Of a stretch of 64,000 nucleotides of DNA, positions 12,707 through 26,690 are shown piece after piece; positions within the stretch are counted from its first letter, which is position 1; each line of letters starts with the position of its first letter. Both the position numbers and the translations under genes were made by a program. Source of the DNA: Octopus sinensis (taxonomy: Eukaryota); NCBI RefSeq assembly GCF_006345805.1, contig NC_042998.1:31558001-31622000 (forward strand), given 5' to 3'. The notes under the pieces were generated by a model. That model was not told where the DNA came from. It did no database searches and worked only from the letters and a program-made list of their open reading frames with translations.

Positions 12707-13386
12707 CATACGTAATACACAATATATATATATACGCACAAGCACATTTATAGATATATAGAGATATACATATATATATATATATATATACACATACATA
12801 CATATGCACATATATCTACATATGAAAGTGGGATGACTGTGCGTGAGTGTATGCGTCTGTATATGTATACGTATATCTAAGTGTGTATATGTGAGTGAAT
12901 ATATATGTGTACATGTACATATAGGCACATCCTGCTAATATTTAACGCTCAAAATAATTAAGAGTACAATGTAATCATTGATTTACATGTTTAATTGAAT
13001 AATGACTGATATTCAGGAAATACATTTTCCTTGATGACGGTCAGGCTTTTATAGAAAATGTATAATTTTCAGTTACGGTATATTCATACCTGTCGATCGG
13101 AGAAATCAATAAGCAAAATAATATAATTTGTTCATATAAGTACATTTATAAACTATTGAACGTCAATTATCATTGCAATGTTAATTTACAATTTTATTAT
13201 ATATTTTTTGTATTTTTGCAAATAATACGACTGGAAGCAACTCTGTCTTTATACATTTTAATCATGTCTTTTGATGGAATAGTTTGTAGTCTGTCACGTG
13301 AAACTTTTTTTTCTGTTTTGGAATATGTATACATTAATGTATGTATGTATTAATATATATATATATATATATATGTATACTTATGA

Positions 13387-13426
<40 letters not shown>

Positions 13427-14083
13427 GTGTATAGGTATGTATGCATATATATACATATATGTATATACACTTATGAATATGTATATATATATATATATGT
13501 ATATACATATGTCTATAGGTATATATACATACATATATATATATGCATATATATGTGTATGTATACTATGTACTTGCATATATATATATATGTATACATG
13601 CATATATATAGATTTTTACACACATATATGTGTATGTATACATGCTTATATATATATATATACATATATATATATGGAGATGTGTATGCATCGTGTAAAT
13701 GTGATTGTAAACATGTGAACACAGTTTATAAATGATATACATATATACATGCGCTTATGAGTTCATAACCAATTTATATAAATATGCAATGATTACATAC
13801 CTAACAGTACATTCATATTTATATTAACAGTAATGTGTGTAAATATATAATTATGTGTAAAGTCGTTAACAGATCATTCATGTAGAAATTCAAGTTTTCT
13901 GTCTTACACTGTTTTGATTCTGTTTTATATATTTACGGAACCTTTCATTATCTCATTCACGAGTTCGACACATAGGGAGATACCTCTCTAGTGGACAAAC
14001 TCGAAATTCAATTTCTTTTTATGAAAATGTTATTTCAAAGAGGTATTTTTTTATTTGGCTTATCTCCACGTGCTTTTATCGTC

Positions 14084-15379
14084 TTACAGTTTATATGGAA
14101 CGGTACGGTCAACAGTGCTCACTGTAAAGCTTGTACTAGTATTGTTATCATTAGCCGTTTGGCGACGAATGACACCATATTTAGGACAACAGATAAAAAT
14201 AATCTTTGAAAATGCACGTCTGAAATCTCGCATCGATAGAGCATATATGATTGGATTCATTCCTGAATTAATATATCCGAACCAAGTGAAAACTGGAAAG
14301 AGTACTTCTGGATAAACGACGCACGTTTTGCACAGTGCTAATAGGAGATTAGTTATAAAGAAAGGGAGCCAACAGAGAATGAAAACGCCTACAACAATGC
14401 CAAGTGTTTTTGCTGCCTTCTGTTCTTTGGCAATCTTACTTAGTTTTTTACTAATTGCAAAATGTCTAAGGCGCTTTGTGATAAATTTTGTTGGCCGTTC
14501 TCCTGCTTGAGCACGAACTAAGTGAGCAGGACTGCCACTATCACTGTCACTTGCATTTCGTTCAGCGCTTGTGTCATTTTCATGTGTTGTCCGCTTCCGA
14601 CCTCCTCTGTGCATCCGAAGTGTCATTGCCTCTCCATCCATGCTACTTGACATCATTACTTTGCATCCCATTTTGATACTTCGCGTTTGAGCCACTGCAG
14701 CTTTGTAGATTTTATAATAAACGAATAGCATGATAATGAGGGGACAGTAAAACGATACACACGATGAAAATATTAAATACCCCGTGTCTTCAGTGAATAT
14801 ACACTGGTTACTCGGCAAGTCTGGGGGTGTTACAGCTCGCCACCAAGCAATAGCTGGGAAGGATATCGTTGCCGAGCATAACCAAACTCCAGTTATAAGA
14901 AGGCTTACCTTACTCGAAGACATTCTAATTGGATAAGAAATTGGATCATTAATCGCCCAGTATCGGTCGAGTGAAATTACACATAAATTCATGATGGAAG
15001 CAGTACTTGCCAGTACGTCAAACGAATGCCACAAATCACACCAAACAGGTCCATACAGCCAAACATTGTTGGTCATTTCGTGACTAATACTGAACGGCAT
15101 TACAATACCTCCTACCATAAGATCAGCTACAGCCAGAGACACAATGAAATAATTTGTCACTGTCCTTAAATATATTTCCCGAGTAACTGCCACAATAACT
15201 AGAATGTTTCCTACAATAGTAATTAAAGAAAAAACGGAAAGCAGTATGCCAATACTAGGGTGTTTTAGTTCGTAGGTGAAACCCTGTTTTGTAAAGGATG
15301 TGTCATTGAATGCAACATCATAATACTCGAGCAATGACGTGTTTCCTGTATCATTGTAGGCTCCTGCGTGATTCAGCAT
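14084..15379 (-). CDS. Dop1R2: Invertebrate-type dopamine receptor (Dop1R2/DAMB/INDR-like class A GPCR), 431 aa, intronless CDS
   Basis: Seven hydrophobic segments; GN (TM1), LAVADL (TM2), WCDLWHSFDVLASTASIMNLCVISLDRYWAI (TM3 Asp3.32 + DRY), ISFPAIAWWRA (TM4), FSSCVSFY (TM5 serines), KEQKAAKTLGIVVGVFILCWLPFF (TM6), NPIIY (TM7), DFRRAF helix 8, CC palmitoylation site; these motifs match Dop1R2 better than octopamine receptors. Confidence 0.9.
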   Translation of the reverse strand: MLNHAGAYNDTGNTSLLEYYDVAFNDTSFTKQGFTYELKHPSIGILLSVFSLITIVGNILVIVAVTREIYLRTVTNYFIVSLAVADLMVGGIVMPFSISHEMTNNVWLYGPVWCDLWHSFDVLASTASIMNLCVISLDRYWAINDPISYPIRMSSSKVSLLITGVWLCSATISFPAIAWWRAVTPPDLPSNQCIFTEDTGYLIFSSCVSFYCPLIIMLFVYYKIYKAAVAQTRSIKMGCKVMMSSSMDGEAMTLRMHRGGRKRTTHENDTSAERNASDSDSGSPAHLVRAQAGERPTKFITKRLRHFAISKKLSKIAKEQKAAKTLGIVVGVFILCWLPFFITNLLLALCKTCVVYPEVLFPVFTWFGYINSGMNPIIYALSMRDFRRAFSKIIFICCPKYGVIRRQTANDNNTSTSFTVSTVDRTVPYKL

Positions 15380-18319
15380 GAATGGTCACTCCCACTGTCT
15401 TCGGATTACGACGGAACAGAGCAGGTGACACTTGGTTTTCAGCGGAGAGCTTTATATTCTCCTTCAGCTTTTATATGGCGGCATGGAACAAAATGAAGAT
15501 ACATAAATGTTTATGCTTGTGAATAAATAAGTTACAATTAATCCTCTTTACTGTTATTGGCCTGCTTTATCAATGTATTTTAAACAGATTTAGATCTCAT
15601 TTTAACTTCTTTGCAAGGATATGTGTAAATATATAAATATAACAGTATGATATAAAGGCCTGTAAATTATAAATATATATTATTTATTAAATAAATTATA
15701 TAATTAATATTCACTCTTAATATATATGGAAAATAAAATGAATTTCTCTATCTAAATAGATAATGCTACAATAACGGAATGCCGACTACTATATCACAGG
15801 AAATAGAATGAGCCTAGTCATAGCGAGTTGTAGGTTTGATTGCTTTGCTTTTCCACTTCATAGGCCTTTGTTATTTAGCCAGAGAAGATTATCATTTAGC
15901 CATAGAAGCTTATTGTTTCATTGAAGCATTTCTATTTTAACTCAGAAAAATTAGAGATCTAATAATATTTCAAATAAAAGAGAATCTCAAGTAACTTTGT
16001 AAACATTGTATTGTCATAGCGGAATATTGAATAAAATGCCGTTTTGACTATTTTGTGAAATACGCCTTTAATTGATGGTAATAATTATGATATAACACAG
16101 AAAAATACATTTATGAGAGGACGTAAGCATTATTATGACAAAATGCTTTCATAATACGAATTATTGTCTGTGTATTTAACTATTAGTGAAATTTATTTCG
16201 TAATGAAAATCGAGATTTAATAGATACTATTAATAATAGATACTACATAAGTAATATGTAGCAAACTTCTCTTGATATATATACATGTGTGTGCGTGTGT
16301 GTGTATTATTTTAAAATAATGCTCGGGATATAGTGGACAGGCTTCTGTAAGAAATATTATGCAATGAAATTGATAGATATAATTAATCGATATTCACTTT
16401 TTCTGTTTGTTTTAGATGCTTATTTAAAACAAAGCTCCTAAGTGACTATGTGCATCCTCTTCTGGAATGTGTATTTTACTTGTTTCACCAAGTAATTGAG
16501 GTAATTCGATATGGAGAGTCGAGGATATAAGAAAGTGTGTTTTAAATCTGATTTCCACTTTTTGTTTTTATCAAATGAAGATATTTATACAGTTTCGGTG
16601 CATGCCACTATTCAAAATATAAATGTTGATTCGAGTATATTTCATTATCGCGTGTTGCATGGAAAGCGAGCAACGTTCCTTTGTAATTTGATATATATTC
16701 CATGAAATTATGAAAATTTAAAATAACTGATCCCATTTATTCTTGTTGTTCTTCCTTTTATTATTATTATTGTTGTTGTTGGTGGTGGTGTTGATATATT
16801 TGTTGTTGTTATTCTTACAGCTGCTGTTTATTCTGTTGAATTGGTGATTCTGAAGATGATGAGATTGATGAAAATTGCGCTACTTTGACGATTCTTGTTT
16901 CTTTTTGTTACTTCTCTTCCAACACATTCAGTGTTTTTTTTCTTGACATTTTTTGTAAACAATGCAAGTTTAATCAATACAAGTTATTACTTCCGTTGCA
17001 TTAGAAGAGTCGTATTTGCATTTTAACTACATGTTGAGGATATTTTTTTGGTCGGTTCATCTGCAACATCATTTGATGATTTCCACTGATGTGTTCGTAT
17101 AACTTTATTATTCGATGTGCTTTATATTTTACACAAGTGTTTTTATAAACAATAAATAGTAACCATTTCGCAGTTCTCCTATTTTAATGGCTTCCAAAGC
17201 ATTTTACTGTGTTTGGCGAGTACGTTTTGATGAGAGCGTGTTGTAAAATAGTGACTTTTCTGCTTCAATGCCTCCGTTAATTTTCCACACGTTCAGGAAG
17301 CTACAAAAGTTAAATGAAAAAAGATTACAGAAAAGGCGTACAAAATTTAATTTATACATTTTGTAATTCATAAATCACGAGAACAAACGGCACGAATATA
17401 AATTATCAGTGATCGAGAGAAACACAGAAAGTCAAAACAGATTTTTGTTAAAAATTCATTTCTGATTCAAAGATTAAAAAAAAATGGCTCATATGGACTG
17501 AATTTGTTAATGGCACTTTCAAAACACTGGAATTGTTAAACGAATTTCTAAAACATAGCACAGTGAGAATCTACTATATGTATGGCAAGCTAACTAGGAA
17601 ATTTCTATGAATTCAGTCAACCTTTCAGAAATCCCACAATATTGTTTTACGAAATGAAGCACACAGCAAATATTTTACTATTAACCGCATTATATTTAAA
17701 ACATAGGCTGGTGACGACTGTAATACTGTTGGTGAAATCTTATTTAATCAGAGCTGGGCCTGAACAGTTAAATAAGAAAATGGGAACAAAGGCATGTATG
17801 AGTAAATGAAAGATGGTGTAACAGAATGGGTTCATGTAAGAGGAGCTGTATTAGGTGCATACGTATTCTGCCGTTTCTATATGATTTTATATAATATTTT
17901 AATTTATATATCATAAATATAAAATGATTTTTTCATAGCACGACAGAAATGCAAATCGGGATTTCTTTTAGAATAGTTTAGAACTTGGCTTGAGGCTTTT
18001 ATTGTAAAAATGAACAGCTTTGTCTTGTATTAGTGAAGGCCTTGGAAAAGGTACGCGAGAAAAAAAAAACACAAACTAGATAAAGATTCACAGAACAACA
18101 TTAAAGAGAAATGATAAAGTGTCGAAAAAATTAAAGGCCAATATAAAATTAGTTTCTACGAATTTAGCTTCTGCGAAATTAGTTTATATAAAATTAGTTT
18201 ATATAAAATTAGTTTATATATTTATAAAAGTTATAGATATGATCACAAAGTAACTCCATCTCTATTCTATTAATATAATTGAACTAAAATAATTGCTTGT
18301 AGCATCCATTTGAGATATG

Positions 18320-18510
18320 CATTTGCAAAGGTCAGCGGTATTTCGGCTATCCTTATGTTCTGAGCTCGAATACCTCCGATGTGGACTTTGCGTTTCATTC
18401 TATCGGAGGACGATAAATTAAGTACCTGTTGGGCATAGATGTAATCGATTTGTTCCCCCTAAGCCTAACCTCTGCCGAAACGTCTGGCCTTGTGCCAAAA
18501 TCAGAAGCCA
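18320..18510 (+). mobile_element. SINE family A, degenerate copy
   Basis: GCGGTATTTCG..GTTCTGAGCTCGAA..GACTTTGCGTTTCATTC..GATAAATTAAGTACC. Confidence 0.55.
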
Positions 18511-18710
18511 TAATATCTGTGCAGAAAGCTGACTATTTCTCTTCGTCTCTATTGTACACATTCACTGCGGCCACTGTTCCTATTTTGTGTTTCTTTATTG
18601 AAGCTTAAGTTCATAGTAGTTTAACTTAACGCTATTTTACCAGTTCAAATCTTTTTAAAAGCTTAAACGTTATAAAATGCTCTGAAATTAATTCCATATA
18701 TAGCTTCATC

Positions 18711-18925
18711 AAGGCGGCGAGCTGGCAGAAACGTTAGCACACCTGGCGAAATGCTTAGCTGTATTTCGTCTGACTTTACGTTCTAAGTTCAAATTCCGCC
18801 GAGGTCGACTTAGCCTTTCATCCTTTCGGGGTCGATAAGTTAAATACCAGTTGCGTCCTGGAGTCGATCCAATCGACTGCCTCCTCCCCCAAAATGTCAG
18901 ACCTTGTCCCTCGAGTAGAAAAGAA
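18711..18925 (+). mobile_element. SINE family A, full length
   Basis: AAGGCGGCGAGCTGGCAGAAACGTTAGC..GTTCAAATTCCGCCGAGGTCGAC..CCTTTCATCCTTTCGGGGTCGATAA..GTAGAAAAGAA. Confidence 0.85.
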
Positions 18926-19392
18926 TATATAGCTTCTTCGATTTTTCTTATAATTGCATAAAAAAATATTCCACTAAACTTTTCATTTCCTATTCATATA
19001 TCACTATATTATATGTTTCGATCTTTAAAAGGTATCAAACGACACTATGGCCAATGTAATCTCCCATTCTAAAATAAGCTGAGTAATGTCGCAGAAACTG
19101 TTCGGATTTTAGTGCTTTACATAATTTATATAATAAAAATGTAATTGTGTATTTATTAATTCTTTAATTATTCATCTTGCGATCTCGGTTTAGCGGTTAT
19201 CAAGAAAATAAAGTACTATATTTTTCGATATACAAGTGCGTTGTCAAATTTGAAATGTAACTGTTTAAATAAAGAAAAGGCTATAGACCAGCGGAGTATA
19301 TTTTGTCTTCAAGCCTATTTATATCGAATGCACACACACAAACACACCGATACACAAACATCCACAAGCGTGTGTGTGTGTATATTTGCTTC

Positions 19393-19426
<34 letters not shown>

Positions 19427-19717
19427 TGTATGTATGTATGTATGTATGTATGTATGTATGTATGTATTTATCTTTCCAAACTGGAGGCGAACAACTTTCT
19501 CCTGTGATCGGGTAGAAAAATTGTTAAGATACTAGGATATTTTCCTAATTTTTCTTAACATGAAACCAATGGTAGCTTTACTTCACAAATAAAGAAATTA
19601 TATCCACCAATGCGGTGTCAAGCACTCATTTTCATCGTTCGACATTCTTACGTATACATACATATGTACATACATACATACATACATATATATATATATG
19701 CATACATAAATCAATTT

Positions 19718-19775
<58 letters not shown>

Positions 19776-21010
19776 GCATAGATAAATTTATATATGAATA
19801 TGGACATGTGATTATATTTGTATAAATATTTATGTAAATATATTCCTAGAGATAGAAAAAACCTGAGTGGATTCTCGTCTTTGACTATTAACCTATTAAC
19901 AAATACACACACACACACACACGCATACACACACACACACAAATACATGTCCACTCATATATATATATATACGCATATCCGGACACACACAAGCACACAC
20001 ACACACACACAAATACATGTCCACTCTTGTATATATGCATGTCCGGACATACAAAAGCACACAAAAAATATACACACACACACGCACGCACATGGATATG
20101 CACACATTTGTACAGACGACTGCGCATTGGAATCACTGAAAATTCACTATCTTTTTTTAGCAAGGTTAACTGAGCATTTCTGAAGATAAAAGAAAGCAAA
20201 ATTCATGTCGTATTTCATCATATGTTCATATATTCACCATGGACTACAAAAATGTTTCGTAAAATCTTACCTAAATCCACACACACATGTGAATACATAT
20301 ATTTCTAAACAGCGCACATATACATGCCAGGATGCAAAAAGTGCTAAGGAAAGAAAATCCAGAGATAAATCTAATCTATGTTAATAATAAATAATTAAAG
20401 AAATAAAACCGTTTGCTGTCATATAACTGATAGTGACTTCTGAGACTTGTCAGAGTGAAGACGTATATTTTTAGACGAGAGAATGAAAGAGAAAGTAGTG
20501 TGGACGCGGGAAGCAGTCTACTATTCGTTAGTCTAAAATTATCTTTCTCTCCCATTAATTCTGGAGCGATTAGCACGTAATAGACACGTATTATATATTT
20601 ATATCTAGAAACAAAGTCGTTTGTTCAAATGTTTAACCTTCTTAACATCTTCGAACAGGCATATACAAACACTTAGATAAATGCCAGCCACACATTCACA
20701 CGCACACACAGAGATACGCAGAGAGAGAGAGATAGAGAGAGAGAGAGATAAAAACACATTCACACACACAGGCGTGGGTCTATGTGCGCATGCGCATAAT
20801 CTCTCAAATGTAACTGTACACAAAATAACACCTAAGCGCTCGTAGTTTTTATAAAATACTAGCGTAAGACAGACGAACATTAAAATCTACGAAGTAAAAC
20901 AAAGCACAAGTCCCTATCGTGTCAGTCCCTATCTCTGCCTTTATTTGTTCTCTCTTTACGCGCTTGGCTGCGTGCACACACACACACACACACACACGCA
21001 CACACACACA

Positions 21011-21046
<36 letters not shown>

Positions 21047-21093
21047 CACATATCGGTGTAGGTGTGCGTGTACGTGTATACGTATTTATTTTA

Positions 21094-21630
21094 TTGGGTT
21101 GTCCGGAAAGTACGTGCCGATTTTTAAAGGAAAGAAAAAGTTCAATAAATACTTGCCCATCACATTTTTAATCAACCAGATATAAACCATTTTGTTGCAC
21201 AATGCGTCTCCATCTTTCCTTTAACTTGAAAATACCCTCCACCCAGAATTGAGGTGGTTTCATGGCAAAGAATTCATCAAGGTATCTTTTTACGTCATCC
21301 AAGAAATTGAAATTTTTACCATTAAGACTATTCTGCAGAGACCTGAATAAGTGGAAATCCAAAGGAGCAATATCTGGTGAATATGGAGGGTGGGGTAACA
21401 CATCCCAACCGAGCTGCATCAATTTTTGTCTGGTTCTCAAAGCATCAAGTGCCGAAAATGAACTTTGTCATCTTCCATTTTAAAAGGTTACAGAATTAAC
21501 ACAGGTTATAGGAACATAAAACTTCTTCCACGAAAACATAGCTTAAACTGTGCTCTAAAAGGAGGTGTAATCAAATTCTATTTTATGGACTCAACTATGT
21601 TCTAAAATAAGTCAAAATGTAAGCTACCCT
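21094..21630 (-). mobile_element. Internally deleted mariner DNA transposon
   Basis: TA|TTGGGTTGTCCGGAAAG TIR at 21094; C-terminal transposase HPPYSPDIAPLDFHLFRSLQN..GIFKLKERW (21168-21440) joined directly to N-terminal MEDDKVHFRHLML (ATG at 21478). Confidence 0.85.
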
Positions 21631-23239
21631 TCAGTCTATCCTTCAGGCTTCTTAAAGTTGCAGTTTCGTCACCATAAATCATACGATTTGGTCGGAGATT
21701 TATGTTAAGAGTACACGTGTCAGTGGAAACCTCGACCATCTCGAACGTCAATTAATAAATGAATAGATTTCATATGTGTGCATGGATTTATACGCATATG
21801 TATTAGTAACTTGAAATTCATTAAATTTATATCACCCCTCGATGGATTTTCAGGTAATGACTCGCAATCCAAATTCACATATTGATTATTGAAATGAGAG
21901 TTGCAATAAATACTTTCTTGTGTTGTATTATAAATCAAATATTTATTACAATTTGTTTCCGTTCCTTTCTGCTTTTCTATTCTATTGTCTCTCTACGTTC
22001 ATATGCAAGATGTTTCTATAAACTTCATGATACGTACGTGCGTGCTTGTTTGGGTATGCTTCTCTAGGTTATGGTATTTACTTTAATAATTTATCATTTG
22101 AAATGTCCTTGTATACATATGTATATATATATATATGTTTGGATACAGAGTGTCAGAACTTTCCCATTCGGTATATTCTCACATGCGAATGTAGCTACAA
22201 ATGTTTAGTCGCTGAATAGAAAGGAATATTACTAGAATTTGGTTTCTTACTTTCGTTGATTTAGTCATTGAAGAGGGGGGGGGGAATAAAATCTAGACAC
22301 AGAAAATAGATGTGGCACTGAATGCGAAAGAGAAACATGTTATCATAAGGCTCCGCAATAATGATTGCTGTATTCATTCAATATTAATTAAATTAGAACA
22401 TTTATGCGTATTATTAAATTAAGACATCTATTGTAACAAGAACTAGGTCCCTCGACAGAACATTAGATACAGGTTGGACGAAGAGGGGAAGTAATTAACA
22501 GACCGGGATTTAGTCTAAATACTTGTAGTCAGTGAACTTCAGTAAAAACACACCAAGAAAATAGGAACTGAGGGGTTTATGGCTGACTGGAATGTTTAGT
22601 AGAAAACAATGGTAAATATGAAAACGTGTTTGGTATCACATTAGAGAATCGTTACTTTAACAAGGCTGATAAACGAGTTTATCAGATATTGAAATAAATG
22701 GGGAACTTTATTCACACATTGGAATGAAGTGTGTGGATATCTTAGAGAAAGCAAATATGCTACTATTGACTCGATAGTAATCAAAATTGCTCTAGATTTC
22801 TCTGGTTATGCCCAATAACGGACTGCAAAATTCTTTTATCTCCAATAGTAAATAGTTTCACTTTTAGAGATTAACACGCACGTTTCTATATTATGTTTAC
22901 ACAAACACACAGGCATATGCTTGTAATGGGGCAAAAACGCACAAATAAAAATAATAAAGTTATGAATATAACACTATATGCAATCAGATAAAAGCTACAA
23001 TCACTCAGCCATGTAGAGCAATGAAACAGGACACATACACACACATGCAGGTACATTTACACGTAGGCAGATATATCAGTAAAAATGGGGCAGATATGAG
23101 ATATATTCAAATTATTTAGTAATGAATCATTTTTGTGGGTTTGGCCTGCCTCAGGAATAATCAAATTGTGCTGCCTACTAATTTCTATAAAGAAAATGAC
23201 AAGAACAGCTGAATTTGATTTTTTAGATTTCGTTATACT

Positions 23240-23460
23240 AAGCCGGCGAGTTGGCAAAATCGTTAGGGCGCTGGACGAAATGCCTAACGATATTTCGCCC
23301 GTCGCTACGTTCTGAGTTCAAATTCCGCCGACGTCGACTTTGCCTTTCATCCTTTCGGGGTCGATAAATTAAATATCAGTTGCTTACTGGGATCGATCTA
23401 ATTCAATGCCCCCACTCCGCTTCCCCAGAATTTCAGGCCTTGCACCTATGGTAGAGATGT
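23240..23460 (+). mobile_element. SINE family A
   Basis: Same head and core as 18711. Confidence 0.85.
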
Positions 23461-23956
23461 TATTCTAAAATTCTTCTTGACGGTTGCAATACTTTAGAAA
23501 TCACTTGACAATCTATTTATTTCAATTCAGCTTAAACTTCATCTGTTCTCATAATAAACCTGACCCAAGGATTTCCAACTATATTCTCTTGCCTAATTAT
23601 TCAAAGGTATGATTGGGGGAAGACTTGGCTCTTTTTTAAACAGATATAAGAAATGCGTAAGAAAGCCCCCAATGGTTTCCATTCTCACAATATTCTTTTA
23701 CATAAATTCAGATCTCCAGCATAATTGCAGCTGAATAATACAGACGTTAAGATAATCAATGATATTTTGTTTCTAGAGCGACATTATCCAACTTGCCAAA
23801 AATCACAGCATAATAAAATTACGATTTCCATTTTCCACCATGTCGTAAAAATCTATATGATGCTATCTGCAGATGCCTATCTAATTGTTCTCGAAGAAAA
23901 TACATGATTGGAATTCAATTTTTATATGAAATTTTCACAAATCATACTTCGTAAAT

Positions 23957-24310
23957 TCTTTTCTGCTCTAAGCACAAGGCTCGAAATTTTTGGGGAGGGG
24001 ACCAGTCGATTAGATCGACCCCAGTACGTGATTGGTACTTAATTTATAAACCCCGAAAGGATGAAAGGCAAAGTAGACCTCAGAGGAACTTGAACTCAGA
24101 ACATCGCTAAACATTTCACGCGGCATGGTAACGATTCTGCCAGCTTGCCACCTAATATATCTAGTAAATTAAGGCAACTAGTTGGCCGTATTGTTAGCAC
24201 ACTGGGCAAAATGCTTAGCGCATTACGCCCGTCTTTACGTTCGAATTCAACCAGGTTGAATTTGCATTTCATCCTTTTGGATTCAATATTAGTATCAGTT
24301 GAGTATTGGG
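23957..24310. mobile_element. Two SINE family A copies, head-to-head (23957-24152 minus; 24170-24310 plus, degenerate)
   Basis: Family core and head motifs in opposite orientations. Confidence 0.7.
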
Positions 24311-24513
24311 CTAAATATACTCCACATGTGTAATGATGGAGTTGTCTTCTGCATGTGTTTACCTCGTGTTTTCGGTATATATTACAGCTATATAACTATG
24401 CATTCTCTAGCGATCCTACTGACGAACAAAATTAATTTATTTCGTCATTAACAGCGAAGCTCGAGTATAGGATTAACTAATTTTTTATTCACTCTGGTGC
24501 CTACGAGCAGCGT

Positions 24514-24741
24514 GCTAATCTTATGCCATTTTGAATTTGAATGAAAGTAGTTGATTGTTATTACCGTAACGAGGGCTGCGATTGGTCGAGGAAGTTAGTT
24601 TTCCTACTAACTACCATCACTGATACATGGTTGTACTAACATCAAATCACGACACCACTTAACTTTCCTCGATCAATCGCACCCTACCTTACGGTAATAA
24701 TCAATTTCTTTCATTCAAATTCAAAATGGCTGAAGATTAGC
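24514..24741. repeat. Long inverted repeat (~80-bp arms), probable MITE core
   Basis: GCTAATCTT..GCCATTTTGAATTTGAATGAAAG..TTATTACCGTAA..GCGATTGGTCGAGGAAGTTA is mirrored by TAACTTTCCTCGATCAATCGC..TTACGGTAATAA..CTTTCATTCAAATTCAAAATGGC..AAGATTAGC. Confidence 0.8.
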
Positions 24742-24841
24742 TTGAAACTCTCGAGTTTGAATCAAACTGTTTTGCTTCATACATTTTATTTCCAATAAAT
24801 GTGTTGAGTCTACTTCTTTCGTTTGTCCACTCACTCGTATG

Positions 24842-24878
<37 letters not shown>

Positions 24879-24951
24879 TTATCATTAAATATGTGTACGC
24901 ATATGTAGGCATGTATGCGTGTGTGTATATATATATGTATATGCACATATG

Positions 24952-24990
<39 letters not shown>

Positions 24991-25116
24991 TGAGAGAGAG
25001 AGGAAGAGAGGGAGTTTCTAATGTAAAACATTTTTCACATATGCACAGTCACAGATGCAGGTGTACACAGTGTGTGTATACATGTAATACGCACGCACAC
25101 ACACACACACACACAT

Positions 25117-25171
<55 letters not shown>

Positions 25172-26007
25172 GATATGCACCCGTTGTTTTGAGAAGTACG
25201 TTTGATGTGTACGAATATTGGACGTTCCATGAAATTTCCATTTCGAATGGAATGACTTAATGGCATGAACCATCTTTCTCCTGCTGTTTGATTCATTCTC
25301 TTTTTTTTTTTAGTTTTACGTCATCACTTGAAGCCGAACTTAATCACCAACCCCTACACTACTTTTTGCTTTTCACAATCTGATAACTTTTCTATCAATT
25401 CTTTTTTTAAAACACACAATAAAAACATGTACGTGACACTGAAAAACTATGCCAAAAAGAAATCAAAGGAAGCGAGTAACACCTTTATGAAAAATAAAAT
25501 AAAATTTCTTTACTACCAATAACAGAATAACGTATAAAAATATTACAGAATGTAATTGCAATTGGACGTTATAAAACTCCGGATTTGATATCATTTGTTT
25601 TTATAATATAATTACAAATGTTGCTGTAATATTCTATCCTGCTAACATATCCGTGATATTTAGATCTCTCCATTTATCTAGTTTTAATTTTATTGTTTTT
25701 CAAATACTGCGTTACGGTTGTCCCTATCCTTTCTTTCTTTGTTTTATTCTTTTGGTCGTTCACTTCTTCAGTAATATTTTAGTATTTCGTTTTTTACTTT
25801 ATTCCCTCCATTTTTTTCATATTCTTCGCTTCCTTGCTAAAGTGCAATTTTTCTCTGTCTTTGTGCAAATCTTGGCTTCGTTCATTTGTTTCTCTTTCCA
25901 AAAGTTATCTCGTGTTTCTATTTCATTCTCATTTTACTAACGTTTTTTGGTTTCTGTGTAAATCTCAGTAATTCATAATTTTTATGTGGATTTTTCATAT
26001 CGCATCA

Positions 26008-26143
26008 TATCTATCTATCCATCTATCTATCTACCAATCCTTCTATCTATCTTAATATCTATCTATCTATCTATCTACCAATCCTTCTATCTATCTTAAT
26101 ATCTATCTATCTATCTATCTACCAATCCTTCTATCTATCTTAA

Positions 26144-26189
<46 letters not shown>

Positions 26190-26200
26190 CCTATCTACCA

Positions 26201-26241
<41 letters not shown>

Positions 26242-26381
26242 CCCATCTATCTATCTATCTATCTATCTACCCATCTATATATCTATCTATCTATCTACCC
26301 ATCTATATATCTATCTATCTATCTACCCATCTATATATCTATCTATCTATCTACCCATCTATATATCTATCTATCTATCTA

Positions 26382-26449
<68 letters not shown>

Positions 26450-26622
26450 CCTATCTACCAATCTATCTATCTATCTATCTATCATCTATCTATCTATCTA
26501 CCCATCTATCTATCTATCTATCTATCTACCCATCTATATATCTATCTATCTATCTACCCATCTATATATCTATCTATCTATCTACCCATCTATATATCTA
26601 TCTATCTATCTACCCATCTATA

Positions 26623-26685
<63 letters not shown>

Positions 26686-26690
26686 GTATC
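26008..26690. repeat. (TCTA)n microsatellite with higher-order variant units
   Basis: Directly visible; ..CTACCAATCCTTCTATCTATCTTAATAT.. unit occurs three times at the start. Confidence 0.95.

Noticed and set aside
13020-13110. Possible hammerhead (TTGATGACGGTC..GATCGGAGAAA)
   Set aside because: Core and stems are too degenerate to support a call.
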